Assembly: GCA_965230295.1 (NCBI GenBank)
Contig: OZ246001.1
Span: forward strand, 1,056,001-1,120,000
Direction of reading: 5' to 3'
Length of the DNA stretch: 64,000 nucleotides
Source of the DNA: Marinicella sp.
Lineage (GTDB): Bacteria > Pseudomonadota > Gammaproteobacteria > Xanthomonadales > Marinicellaceae
The notes beneath the pieces are model-generated. The model did no database searches. It was not told the origin of the DNA and was given only the letters and a program-made list of their open reading frames with translations. Below are positions 18,901-26,498 of the stretch, in pieces. Within the stretch, counting starts at the first letter, position 1; each line of letters begins with the position of its first letter. The translations under genes were made by a program, and so were the position numbers.

Positions 18901-19462
18901 AGCCACCGAAACTGGTGCCGTCAATGCCGGTACCAGGAGAAAATAAACTGCCACCTGAACCAGTGGCTGTGCTGTGTTCAGTGAAAGTACCAGTGATGTC
19001 AGGATCTCTGGTCACTGATTGATTGTTGCCACCTTCACTGCCATAAATGTGCGAGGCCTGATCAACTAAACCGTCGTTGACAGTTATGGTATCACCACCA
19101 TTGGTTAATCCAAGGCCTCCTGTAGAAGCCGTTTGCACCACTGCATCACCGAAGGTGCCAGTAGGTGTTCCACCACCAAAAACCACCAAAGAACAACCAG
19201 CAGGGATCACGCTTGATGCCGGAAATGTATGCCTAACCAGTGCCGCATCTGACAAAGTCCACCCAGACACATCCAAAGCCGAGCCTGTGTCGTTATAAAG
19301 TTCAATGAACTCATCTTCAGTCGCATCCCTCACGCCATCACCATTGGCATCGCCGGTGATGTCTCCGGCAGGATCGGCTTGAAACTCATTGATAACTATG
19401 GAATTGCCCGCTTGTGAAATTATGCTGGTAAAAACCAGCACCAACATGGATAAGATCCTCAT
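15968..19462 (-). CDS. Secreted ExeM/NucH-like nuclease: 2x (lamin-tail + Ig-like Big_5) + OB-fold + EEP domain, ending in DLIFKDGFD
   Basis: Signal peptide; duplicated IINEFQADPA…DEFIE(L/I)YN lamin-tail domains; TDPADSATNV Ig-like repeats; IFEIQG…SPYAGQ OB-fold; EEP motifs LQEIE, GDFNA and TDHD. Confidence 0.85.
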   Translation of the reverse strand: MRILSMLVLVFTSIISQAGNSIVINEFQADPAGDITGDANGDGVRDATEDEFIELYNDTGSALDVSGWTLSDAALVRHTFPASSVIPAGCSLVVFGGGTPTGTFGDAVVQTASTGGLGLTNGGDTITVNDGLVDQASHIYGSEGGNNQSVTRDPDITGTFTEHSTATGSGGSLFSPGTGIDGTSFGGCSGGGDTAPAVTSTDPADSATNVAVDTQITINFDESVDATIDAVTLTCDAMTQTFTGLPASGNSVVITPDADLPFDGSCDVVVVAAEVTDQDGMPDNMTADVNFSFNVESATQPVIINEFQADPASGLSGDANGDGVRDGSDDEFVEIYNNSGADLDVSGWTLSDAVQVRHTFPAATVIPSDCSVVVFGGGTPTGLFGNSVVQIASGGFIGLNNGGDTITINDGVSDVATHTYGAEGGNNQSLNLEPDITGVAYVEHSLAAGSGGTLFSPGTLTDGSSFGGCLGMGDLPPSVNTTTPADNDSGVALDTDITINFSEAVDASAGAATLTCDAAPITFTGLPVSNATQVVLNPDADLPNGTTCTLTLLAAEVTDLDGSVDQLDGNGDGTGGDNFVMQFGAGFPEVEIFEIQGNGLASPYAGQAVTTLDNIVTALDTNGFYMQTPDGRNDVDPLTSSGIFVFTGGAPMVAVGDQVDVTGDIVEFFDLTEFANPGSLVVTVDSSGNPLPEVIVLDDTFPSTDPTMFPCGSESLGFECYEGMHFNMPQAFVSAASAGFFGNDRDDAVIKAGSSRAFREPGIDFPGLPNLPVFDGNPELIEMSVEALGLPFQALSAGTEFSAQGVLSYGFGDYELQPSVLTIINENVIPGAVRDALPTEFTIGSANLFRLFNDINDPEPEDDDQIADPAEYAARLQKLGNYFVNDMKSPTIIGLQEIERITVLFDLINAITTAGGPTYTAELIAGNDQGGINVAYLYRADLLSNVTITQLGAADINTFDGSLLHDRPPLRLQADVTLPGGTLPINVLTVHQRSRSSIDDAVDGDRVRSKRLQQANSVALMARSIIDEDPDVSLYVIGDFNAFEFTDGYVDVIGQITGTAVDADNLLWSEPEFSADPLTQGIQTLPADQQYSFIFRGSAQSLDNVIMNDAGLMNLNEMQFVRGQADANVNFEDDDTTSLRSTDHDGFVLFVTFDFDLIFKDGFD

Positions 19463-19585
19463 ATTTTTACTCTCTCAACTCTTAATTTAGCCAGTCATTT
19501 TAGCAGTAAAAATATGACAATTGAGTTGCAAATGTCATATTTTTCAAGGGTTTGAGCAAGATCGTTGTTTCAGCTTTTTTGGTGC

Positions 19586-19615
19586 AAAAAAAAGGCCTCG
19601 ATGAATCAAGACCTT
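19586..19615 (-). terminator. Intrinsic terminator of pckG
   Basis: Minus strand AAGGTCTTGA-TTCA-TCGAGGCC followed by T8 (stem contains G-U pairs), just after the stop. Confidence 0.7.
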
Positions 19616-19644
19616 CTTAACAAATCATAAAGTAATTTATTAAC

Positions 19645-21393
19645 TCATGACAATTTCGATTGTAAAGTCATCAATTCGTCAAACAACGCTTGCGGCACTC
19701 GATCACCGAATGCAGAAAGGAAATCTGCCACAGAGTCTGCCTCTTGTTGCCATCCAGCGGCATCAACTGTTAGCAGCTGATCCAACACTTGCATGTCCAT
19801 ATTCAAATCCTGCGTATTCAAATCACTGGCTGCCGGCAAATGACCGATGGCGGTCTCATGGGCACCGACTTGATCCTGGCAACGGGCAATGATCCATTCC
19901 AGCACGCGCATGTTCTCACCAAAACCAGGCCACATGAATTTACCTTGCTCGTCTTTTCTGAACCAATTGACTGTGAACACTTTAGGTAGCTGGTTGGCTT
20001 TGTCTTTCATACCGACCCAATGCCCCCAATAATCACCAAAATGGTAACCACAGAATGGTTTCATCGCCATGGGATCACGACGCACCACACCCACTTCACC
20101 AGTGGCTGCTGCGGTGGTTTCAGAGGCCACAGTGGCACCCATCAACACCCCATGGTCCCAACTGCGGGCTTCAGCCACCAGTGGGATCAAACTGGCACGT
20201 CGACCACCAAATACGATCGCATCAATCGGCACACCAGCAGCGGCCTCTGACTCTGGCGAGTAGCTGGGGCAGCGCTTGGCCGATACAGTAAATCTTGAGT
20301 TCGGGTGAGCCGCAGGGCCATTGGCTGGATCATAAGGTCGACCTTGCCAATCGGTTTTCGGCGTGCGATCATCCAAACCTTCCCACCATGGCTGGCCGTC
20401 TTCAGTTTCAGCCACATTGGTAAAAATGGTGTCTTGATACAACATCTTCAGGGCATTGGGGTTGGTCTCTTTGGCGGTGCCTGGTGCCACACCGAAGAAG
20501 CCTGCTTCCGGGTTGATCGCCCACAATCGGCCGTCTTCACCTGGACGCATCCAACAAATGTCATCCCCGACCGTACTGATTTCCCAACCGTCTTTGACAT
20601 AGCCTTCCGGCGGAATCAACATTGCCAAGTTGGTTTTACCACAAGCCGATGGGAAGGCTGCCGCTATGTGGTGTTGTTTTCCGGCTGGGGTTTTGATTCC
20701 CAAAATCAACATGTGCTCAGCCAACCAGCCTTCGGTTTTGGCTTGGTATGAAGCGATTCTTAAGGCATGGCACTTTTTGCCCAGCAATGCGTTACCACCA
20801 TAGCCAGAGCCATAGCTTTGGATACTCAACTCCTCAGGGAAGTGCATGATAAAACGACGATCGGGATCCAATTCACCGGTTGAGTGTAAGCCTTTGACAA
20901 ATCCACCCTCACGTTCGATGCGGGCCAAAGCGCTTTGACCCATGCGGGTCATCAGTCGCATATTTTGTACCACATAAGCACTGTCAGTGATCTCGACACC
21001 ACAACGGGCAATCGGCGAATCAATCGGGCCCATACAATATGGGATCACGTACATGGTCCGACCTTGCATACAACCAGCAAACAAATCATCCATCTTGGCA
21101 TGCGCATCTGCAGGGGCCATCCAATGGTTGTTGGGACCTGCATCGGTTTCTTTTTCTGTACAGATGAATGTCAGGTGCTCAACTCGAGCCACATCTTGTG
21201 GGTCTGACAAGTGTAAAAAACAATTGGGGTGGGTGTCTTCATTGAGTTTTTTATAGGTGCCATCTGCCAGCAGCATTTGGTTGAATTTTTGTTCTTCGGC
21301 TTCGGTGCCGTCACACCAATAAATTTGGTCAGGTTGAGTCAGTTCTGCAACTTGTTTGACCCAATCGGCCAAGGCTTGGTTCGTTGTGCTCAT
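19645..21393 (-). CDS. pckG: Phosphoenolpyruvate carboxykinase (GTP)
   Basis: GSGYGGNALLGKKC, FPSACGKTNLAM, VGDDI, HPNSRF and WPGFGENMRVL motifs. Confidence 0.96.
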   Translation of the reverse strand: MSTTNQALADWVKQVAELTQPDQIYWCDGTEAEEQKFNQMLLADGTYKKLNEDTHPNCFLHLSDPQDVARVEHLTFICTEKETDAGPNNHWMAPADAHAKMDDLFAGCMQGRTMYVIPYCMGPIDSPIARCGVEITDSAYVVQNMRLMTRMGQSALARIEREGGFVKGLHSTGELDPDRRFIMHFPEELSIQSYGSGYGGNALLGKKCHALRIASYQAKTEGWLAEHMLILGIKTPAGKQHHIAAAFPSACGKTNLAMLIPPEGYVKDGWEISTVGDDICWMRPGEDGRLWAINPEAGFFGVAPGTAKETNPNALKMLYQDTIFTNVAETEDGQPWWEGLDDRTPKTDWQGRPYDPANGPAAHPNSRFTVSAKRCPSYSPESEAAAGVPIDAIVFGGRRASLIPLVAEARSWDHGVLMGATVASETTAAATGEVGVVRRDPMAMKPFCGYHFGDYWGHWVGMKDKANQLPKVFTVNWFRKDEQGKFMWPGFGENMRVLEWIIARCQDQVGAHETAIGHLPAASDLNTQDLNMDMQVLDQLLTVDAAGWQQEADSVADFLSAFGDRVPQALFDELMTLQSKLS

Positions 21394-21510
21394 GTTAATT
21401 TTTATTCAAGTCAAAAATTGGTGGCAAACCTTAACCGCTCATGCCTAGAAAATCAAGAAAAAGCCATAAAGATGCGGCTATTTTGAAACAAATTTTAATC
21501 TAAGGAGTGT

Positions 21511-21640
21511 TGATTGCCAGCTCGACCTGTTTCCTTGATTGGCGCAGCGTAGCTGGCCGCTTCCGCTCCATGCTCACACGACAGACCTACATCCATGTAG
21601 GCCGGCCAGAAAGGAAACACATGAAACAGAGGCATGATCG
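21511..21640. other. GC-rich nested inverted-repeat element (sRNA or REP/MITE-derived; identity unknown)
   Basis: Nested pairs TGTTTCCTT (21528)/AAGGAAACA (21611) and CTGGCCG (21553)/CGGCCAG (21603), plus hairpin CCTACAT-CC-ATGTAGG (21586-21601). Confidence 0.45.
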
Positions 21641-21650
21641 CCGCGGACGC

Positions 21651-21681
21651 TTTCATTTATTGTGACAGACAATAAATGAAA
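21651..21681. terminator. Perfect 13-bp AT-rich hairpin downstream of parB (terminator or binding site)
   Basis: TTTCATTTATTGT-gacag-ACAATAAATGAAA. Confidence 0.5.
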
Positions 21682-21700
21682 AAAGCCCCAAGATCATACG

Positions 21701-22633
21701 CTATTTGATGCGTTTCAAGATCCCGTCCAATTCATCAGAACCGTGGTAATGAATGACCAATTTACCGTTGCCTTTGCTGCTGTGTTGAATTTCCACTTGA
21801 GCACATAATTTCTCGGTGAGGTTTTGTTCCAAGTGCTTGATGTCTGCACTCTTCTCAATGGTTTTGGCTTTGGCTTTAGGTGCCGGGTTTTTCAAGGCTT
21901 TGACCAAGGCTTCAGCCTGCCTTACAGACATTTTCTTGGCTATGACTTGTTGGGCTGCTGGCAACTGCTGTTTGTCATCCAGAGCCAGTAAACAACGGGC
22001 ATGGCCCATTTCTAACAAACCATCATTGAGCATGGCCTTGACTTGTTTCGATAAATCCAACAGGCGCAATAAATTACTGACGGCCACCCGAGAACGGCCC
22101 ACAGCTTCCGCAGCCTGGGCATGGGTGATGTCAAATTCATCAATCAAACGTTGTAATGCCAAGGCCTCTTCTAATGGATTGAGGTCCTCTCGCTGGATGT
22201 TTTCAATCAAAGCCATGGCAATGGTTTGTTGATCATCCACCTGTTTGACCAACACCGGCACTTCAGACAGCTTGGCTAACTGCGCAGCCCGCCATCGACG
22301 TTCACCGGCTATGATTTCATACTTGTTGGCGGTCAGCTTTCTGACCACGATGGGTTGAACGATGCCTTGTGCTTCTATTGAATCAGCCAATTCTTGTAGC
22401 TTGGTTTGGTCCATGATGCTGCGAGGCTGGTACTGACCTGGTTGCAGTTGTTCGATACCCAAAGTCTGCAATTCACTGCTGGCACCTCCCTCTTGCGCAG
22501 CATCAGAGGCTACCTGGTCACGACTGCCTAACAAGGCATCCAGGCCGCGGCCCAGACCTGTCTTTCTGGCTGGTTTTTTGCTGGCTTTTTTCTTGGTGAG
22601 TTTTTTAGGCATGATTCCTCCGCAACAATTCAC
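21701..22633 (-). CDS. parB: Chromosome partitioning protein ParB
   Basis: GLGRGLDALL, YQPR, GIVQPI, IIAGERRWRAA, ENIQREDLNPLEEA and HTH motifs. Start is probably MPKK (22612). Confidence 0.96.
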   Translation of the reverse strand: MNCCGGIMPKKLTKKKASKKPARKTGLGRGLDALLGSRDQVASDAAQEGGASSELQTLGIEQLQPGQYQPRSIMDQTKLQELADSIEAQGIVQPIVVRKLTANKYEIIAGERRWRAAQLAKLSEVPVLVKQVDDQQTIAMALIENIQREDLNPLEEALALQRLIDEFDITHAQAAEAVGRSRVAVSNLLRLLDLSKQVKAMLNDGLLEMGHARCLLALDDKQQLPAAQQVIAKKMSVRQAEALVKALKNPAPKAKAKTIEKSADIKHLEQNLTEKLCAQVEIQHSSKGNGKLVIHYHGSDELDGILKRIK

Positions 22634-23378
22634 TGGCCAAGCCTTTGTAAGCCACAGCCCCTCGTGACAAATGATCGTATTCTATGGCTGACTGTCCAAA
22701 ACTGGGGGCTTCAGCCACTTTTACATTCCTGGGCACCACTGTCATGAAGACTTTTGAGCCAAAGTGTTCGCTGATCTGTGCCGCCACATCATTGGCCAAA
22801 TTATTGCGGCCATCAAACATGGTTCGCAACAAGCCTTCAATCTCAAGCTGGGGGTTCACATTTTGTTTGACCCGATCAATGGTGTCTAACAACGAGGTTA
22901 AGCCTTCTAAGGCATAATACTCACATTGCATGGGAATCAAGACGCTGTGTGCTGCTGCCAAGGCATTGATGGTTAGGATACTCAATGAAGGTGGACAATC
23001 AATCAACACAAAGTCGTAGTCTTGAACCACAGGCTCCAGTTGTTGTTTGAGAATGGTTTGTGGCTCTTCATATTCCATCAGCTGCAGCTCAGCTGCCGTT
23101 AAATCGGTGTTTGACCCGATGACATGCAATAAATCAAACTCCATGATGGCATCTGTGGCTTGACATTCATCCATCAACAGTTCACAGGCTGACAAGGACA
23201 AATCTCTTGAGTCTGCACCACAAGCCATGGTGGCATTGCCTTGCGGATCCAGATCAATTAACAGGACTTTTTTACCGAGCTGCGACAAGCCCACGGCTAA
23301 ATTGACCGTGGTGGTGGTCTTACCCACGCCACCTTTTTGATTAGCCACTGCTATGATTTTGTGTTTGTTCATAGTCAT
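22605..23378 (-). CDS. parA: Chromosome partitioning ATPase ParA/Soj
   Basis: NQKGGVGKTTT, DLDPQGN, DCPPSL, QCEYYALEG and AEAPSFG motifs. Confidence 0.96.
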   Translation of the reverse strand: MTMNKHKIIAVANQKGGVGKTTTTVNLAVGLSQLGKKVLLIDLDPQGNATMACGADSRDLSLSACELLMDECQATDAIMEFDLLHVIGSNTDLTAAELQLMEYEEPQTILKQQLEPVVQDYDFVLIDCPPSLSILTINALAAAHSVLIPMQCEYYALEGLTSLLDTIDRVKQNVNPQLEIEGLLRTMFDGRNNLANDVAAQISEHFGSKVFMTVVPRNVKVAEAPSFGQSAIEYDHLSRGAVAYKGLASELLRRNHA

Positions 23379-23399
23379 CTCAATACATGCATCTGTTTT

Positions 23400-24047
23400 T
23401 TACCGCTTGATGAATTGGTACAACTTGCGTTGTTCAGTCATAAATGGCACTTCAATTTCCCACACCGCCGTTTGCTTAAAGGGCATTTCAGCATCCAGAG
23501 GCTCCGGTTTGGGGCCTTTCATGGCCAAGAACTGACAATTCTCATGACCCAAGTGGGCCGTCATGGTTAAAAATTGATTCGTTTCTGAAAAAGCACGTGA
23601 TGTTACCACATCAAATTTTTCATCAGGAAAATAATTTTCCACTCTGGCATGAACAATTTCAACATTTTGCAAGCCTAATTCACGCTTAACTTGGCGCATG
23701 AAGCGGGCTTTTTTACCCACCGCATCCAACAAAACCAATTGTTTATCAGGACACATAATGGCCAAGATAAAACCGGGAATGCCGCCACCTGTACCTACAT
23801 CTATCACACGATGCCCCTGATAGTGGTTAACCACCGCCAGTGCATCCAAAGCATGGTGAGTGAGCATTTGTTCTAAGCGATCAATGGCTGTCAGGTTATA
23901 TGTTTTGTTCCACTTTTGTAACAACAGCAAATAGTCCATGATCTTTGAGGCATGGGTGCTTGCCATTTCCAGGATGGACATCCCCTCAATCAGCTTATTT
24001 GTTTGTAACTTTATTAAATTGGCTTCGTTCATTGGTGAAAGTATCAT
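23400..24047 (-). CDS. rsmG: 16S rRNA m7G527 methyltransferase
   Basis: WNKTYNLTA, H..D.L, DVGTGGGIPG, SRAF and AMKG motifs; upstream of parA. Confidence 0.95.
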   Translation of the reverse strand: MILSPMNEANLIKLQTNKLIEGMSILEMASTHASKIMDYLLLLQKWNKTYNLTAIDRLEQMLTHHALDALAVVNHYQGHRVIDVGTGGGIPGFILAIMCPDKQLVLLDAVGKKARFMRQVKRELGLQNVEIVHARVENYFPDEKFDVVTSRAFSETNQFLTMTAHLGHENCQFLAMKGPKPEPLDAEMPFKQTAVWEIEVPFMTEQRKLYQFIKR

Positions 24048-24169
24048 AAAATGTGACTTTTAACCCATGATATGGCACTAATAATCAGTAAGCTAATAAT
24101 ACACAGCACTGAGGCTGACAAACACAGGGATCAGACAGCCACATCATAACAAAAAAGGCGAATTATTAC

Positions 24170-24808
24170 ATGAATTTTGATAAAGCGAGACACAACATGG
24201 TCACCCAGCAAGTACGCTCATGGGATGTGATCAATAAAGACATTTTGAATGCCATGCTGAATGTACAAAGGGAAGAATTTGTTCAAGTTCCTCAACGGAA
24301 GTTGGCCTTTGCTGATTTGGCGCTGCCCATTGGTCACGATCAAAGCATGATGAAACCAGTGATTGAAGGACGTATGCTACAAGCACTTGATCTTGAGGCA
24401 TCGCATTTGGTTTTGGAAATAGGCACTGGCAGTGCCTATGTGACTGCATTGATCAGTCAATTGGTCAGCCATGTGCATTCGGTTGAGCTGTATGATGACT
24501 TTACCGCCGCAGCCAAGCAAAAACTCAAAGAGAATCACATTGAAAACGTCACCTGTGAAACGGATGACTTTTTTACATTTAAGCCAGTGCAAAAATATGA
24601 CCGGGTGGTCATTACCGGCGCGTTGGAGGATATACCAAGTCATGTATTTGATTGGTTGAAAAAAGATGGCAAAGTTTTTGCCATCATTGGTCAGGAACCC
24701 ATCATGGAAGCCAGGGTCTATGATTCCACAGGTGAATATACATCTCATTTTGACACGGTTGTAGCCAAATTGGTGCAACCGGATCAACAACAAACATTTA
24801 AACTCTAG
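24170..24808 (+). CDS. pcm: Protein-L-isoaspartate O-methyltransferase family protein
   Basis: ARHNMVTQQVR…REEFV…VLEIGTGSAY. The pcm-tolC arrangement is common in Proteobacteria. Confidence 0.8.
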   Translation: MNFDKARHNMVTQQVRSWDVINKDILNAMLNVQREEFVQVPQRKLAFADLALPIGHDQSMMKPVIEGRMLQALDLEASHLVLEIGTGSAYVTALISQLVSHVHSVELYDDFTAAAKQKLKENHIENVTCETDDFFTFKPVQKYDRVVITGALEDIPSHVFDWLKKDGKVFAIIGQEPIMEARVYDSTGEYTSHFDTVVAKLVQPDQQQTFKL

Positions 24809-24814
24809 GATCTT

Positions 24815-26167
24815 ATGAAAAAAATCATTTTATTAGGCGCATTGGTTGCTGGCCCTGCTTCAGCAGAAGACTTGCTGGACATCATGAATGCCGCATTGGA
24901 CAATGACCCGCAACTGAGGGCAGCTCAGTATACCCAAGAGGCCTCATTAGAGACCCGCAAACAAGCGATGGCTAATTTTTTGCCACAAGTAGATGGGTCT
25001 TGGTCAAAGTCTGAGTCTGACTCAAAAACAGATTACAGCGATGGCACCAGCTCTGACCCAGATAAATCTGAATCAGATGGCTGGACAATCAGTTTGAACC
25101 AAACGGTTTATGATCACAAGAACTTCTTGTCCTTGCGTGAAGCTGATTTGGAAAAAGCCAAAGGCCTGGCCCAATATGATGTGGCTCAACAAGAATTCCT
25201 GATCCGTTTATCGGTCAGCTATTTTGATGTACTGACTAACATAGACGCGGTCAAGTTTGCTGAGTCAGAAGAAAAAGCCATTCAAAGACAGTTAGAACAA
25301 GCTGAGCAACGATATGAAGTGGGCTTGGCTGCCATCACAGATGTGCATGAAGCCAGGGCACAATATGACGGCGCTCGTGCCAGTGTCATCAGTGCCAAAA
25401 ACACCCTGGATGACAAGAAGGAAGCCTTGTTTGAAATCACCCAAGCCTATTATGCACAATTGAATGCCTTACCGGACAACATCGAAGCAGTCGAGTTGAG
25501 AGATACCGAACTGGCTACATGGGAACAATTGGCTTTGGCCAACAACCCTGATTTAGGCATTGCCAAAATCGACGCAGAACTGGCCGAATACGCCATCAAG
25601 CAACAACAGGCAGGTCACTATCCGACTGTGGGCTTGTCCGCCAGCTTATCAAGTGAAAACTCCAAGGGCAGCAGCTTCTTACAACCACAGCCGGATGGCT
25701 CTGTAGAACTCAGGGAGTTTCCTGACAGTTCCAGAGACTCCAATTCCATATCATTGAATGTCAATGTCCCTATTTTTTCTGGCGGCAGAACCTCTTCCTT
25801 GACTCGTCAAGCCAGGCTTCGCTACAAAGCCAGCATGGAAAACTTAGACCAAACCACTTTCTCAACAGTCAGGAACATCCGCAATGCTTTACACAATGTT
25901 GAGTCGGGCTGGAGCTCTGTTCAAGCCCGTCAATTGGCCGTTGTCTCTGCCAAGAGCGCTGAAGAAGCGACTGCTGCCGGCTTTGAAGTGGGAACCAGAA
26001 ACATTGTAGAAGTGCTGAATTCGCAACGTACCTTATACCAGGCACAACGTGATTACTCCAGCGCCAAGCATGAGTACTTACTGAATATTTTGCGCCTGAA
26101 ACGAGCGGCAGGTATTTTAGAACAAGCTGATGTTGAACAGATTAATTCGCTGCTAACTGTTCAATAA
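24815..26167 (+). CDS. tolC: TolC-family outer membrane channel
   Basis: Signal peptide, two OEP repeats (YFDVL…RYEVGLAAITDV; VPIFSGG…GFEVGTRNIVEVL). Confidence 0.92.
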   Translation: MKKIILLGALVAGPASAEDLLDIMNAALDNDPQLRAAQYTQEASLETRKQAMANFLPQVDGSWSKSESDSKTDYSDGTSSDPDKSESDGWTISLNQTVYDHKNFLSLREADLEKAKGLAQYDVAQQEFLIRLSVSYFDVLTNIDAVKFAESEEKAIQRQLEQAEQRYEVGLAAITDVHEARAQYDGARASVISAKNTLDDKKEALFEITQAYYAQLNALPDNIEAVELRDTELATWEQLALANNPDLGIAKIDAELAEYAIKQQQAGHYPTVGLSASLSSENSKGSSFLQPQPDGSVELREFPDSSRDSNSISLNVNVPIFSGGRTSSLTRQARLRYKASMENLDQTTFSTVRNIRNALHNVESGWSSVQARQLAVVSAKSAEEATAAGFEVGTRNIVEVLNSQRTLYQAQRDYSSAKHEYLLNILRLKRAAGILEQADVEQINSLLTVQ

Positions 26168-26474
26168 ATTGATTCAAGGTGGTTTGATCTTCATTTGAAA
26201 TATCAATGATTTGAAAACCACCAAATATCAAACCACTGGTTTGTAAGTCAGCCCAAATACATTCAGCACCCACGTTGATGTGGATTTTTTCTTTGTCGGC
26301 AATGATGAGCTCCAACTGAAAAATCATCCCAGGCTTGATGATCTCTCGTCCAGCAAGCAAAAATCCACTGGCTGATATATCAACAATTCTCCCCACTTTT
26401 GCTTGATTCAATTGATTAACAACCAAAGATCCTTCTGGGGGATTTACTCGGATGTTTTCTCTTTTCTCATACAT
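26142..26474 (-). CDS. PilZ-domain c-di-GMP receptor
   Basis: RxxxR (RENIR) and DxSxxG (DISASG) motifs are intact. Confidence 0.85.
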   Translation of the reverse strand: MYEKRENIRVNPPEGSLVVNQLNQAKVGRIVDISASGFLLAGREIIKPGMIFQLELIIADKEKIHINVGAECIWADLQTSGLIFGGFQIIDISNEDQTTLNQFIEQLAAN

Positions 26475-26498
26475 GATTTTGTCCTGTGATTTACCTGG

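Noticed and set aside
21613-21628. GGAAACACATGAAACA near parB as a parS site
   Set aside because: Five mismatches to TGTTTCACGTGAAACA and not palindromic.
24170-26167. pcm functionally linked to iadA, or TolC exporting the tailed proteins
   Set aside because: pcm-tolC is a common conserved pair. The tailed proteins have Sec signal peptides, unlike T1SS substrates.
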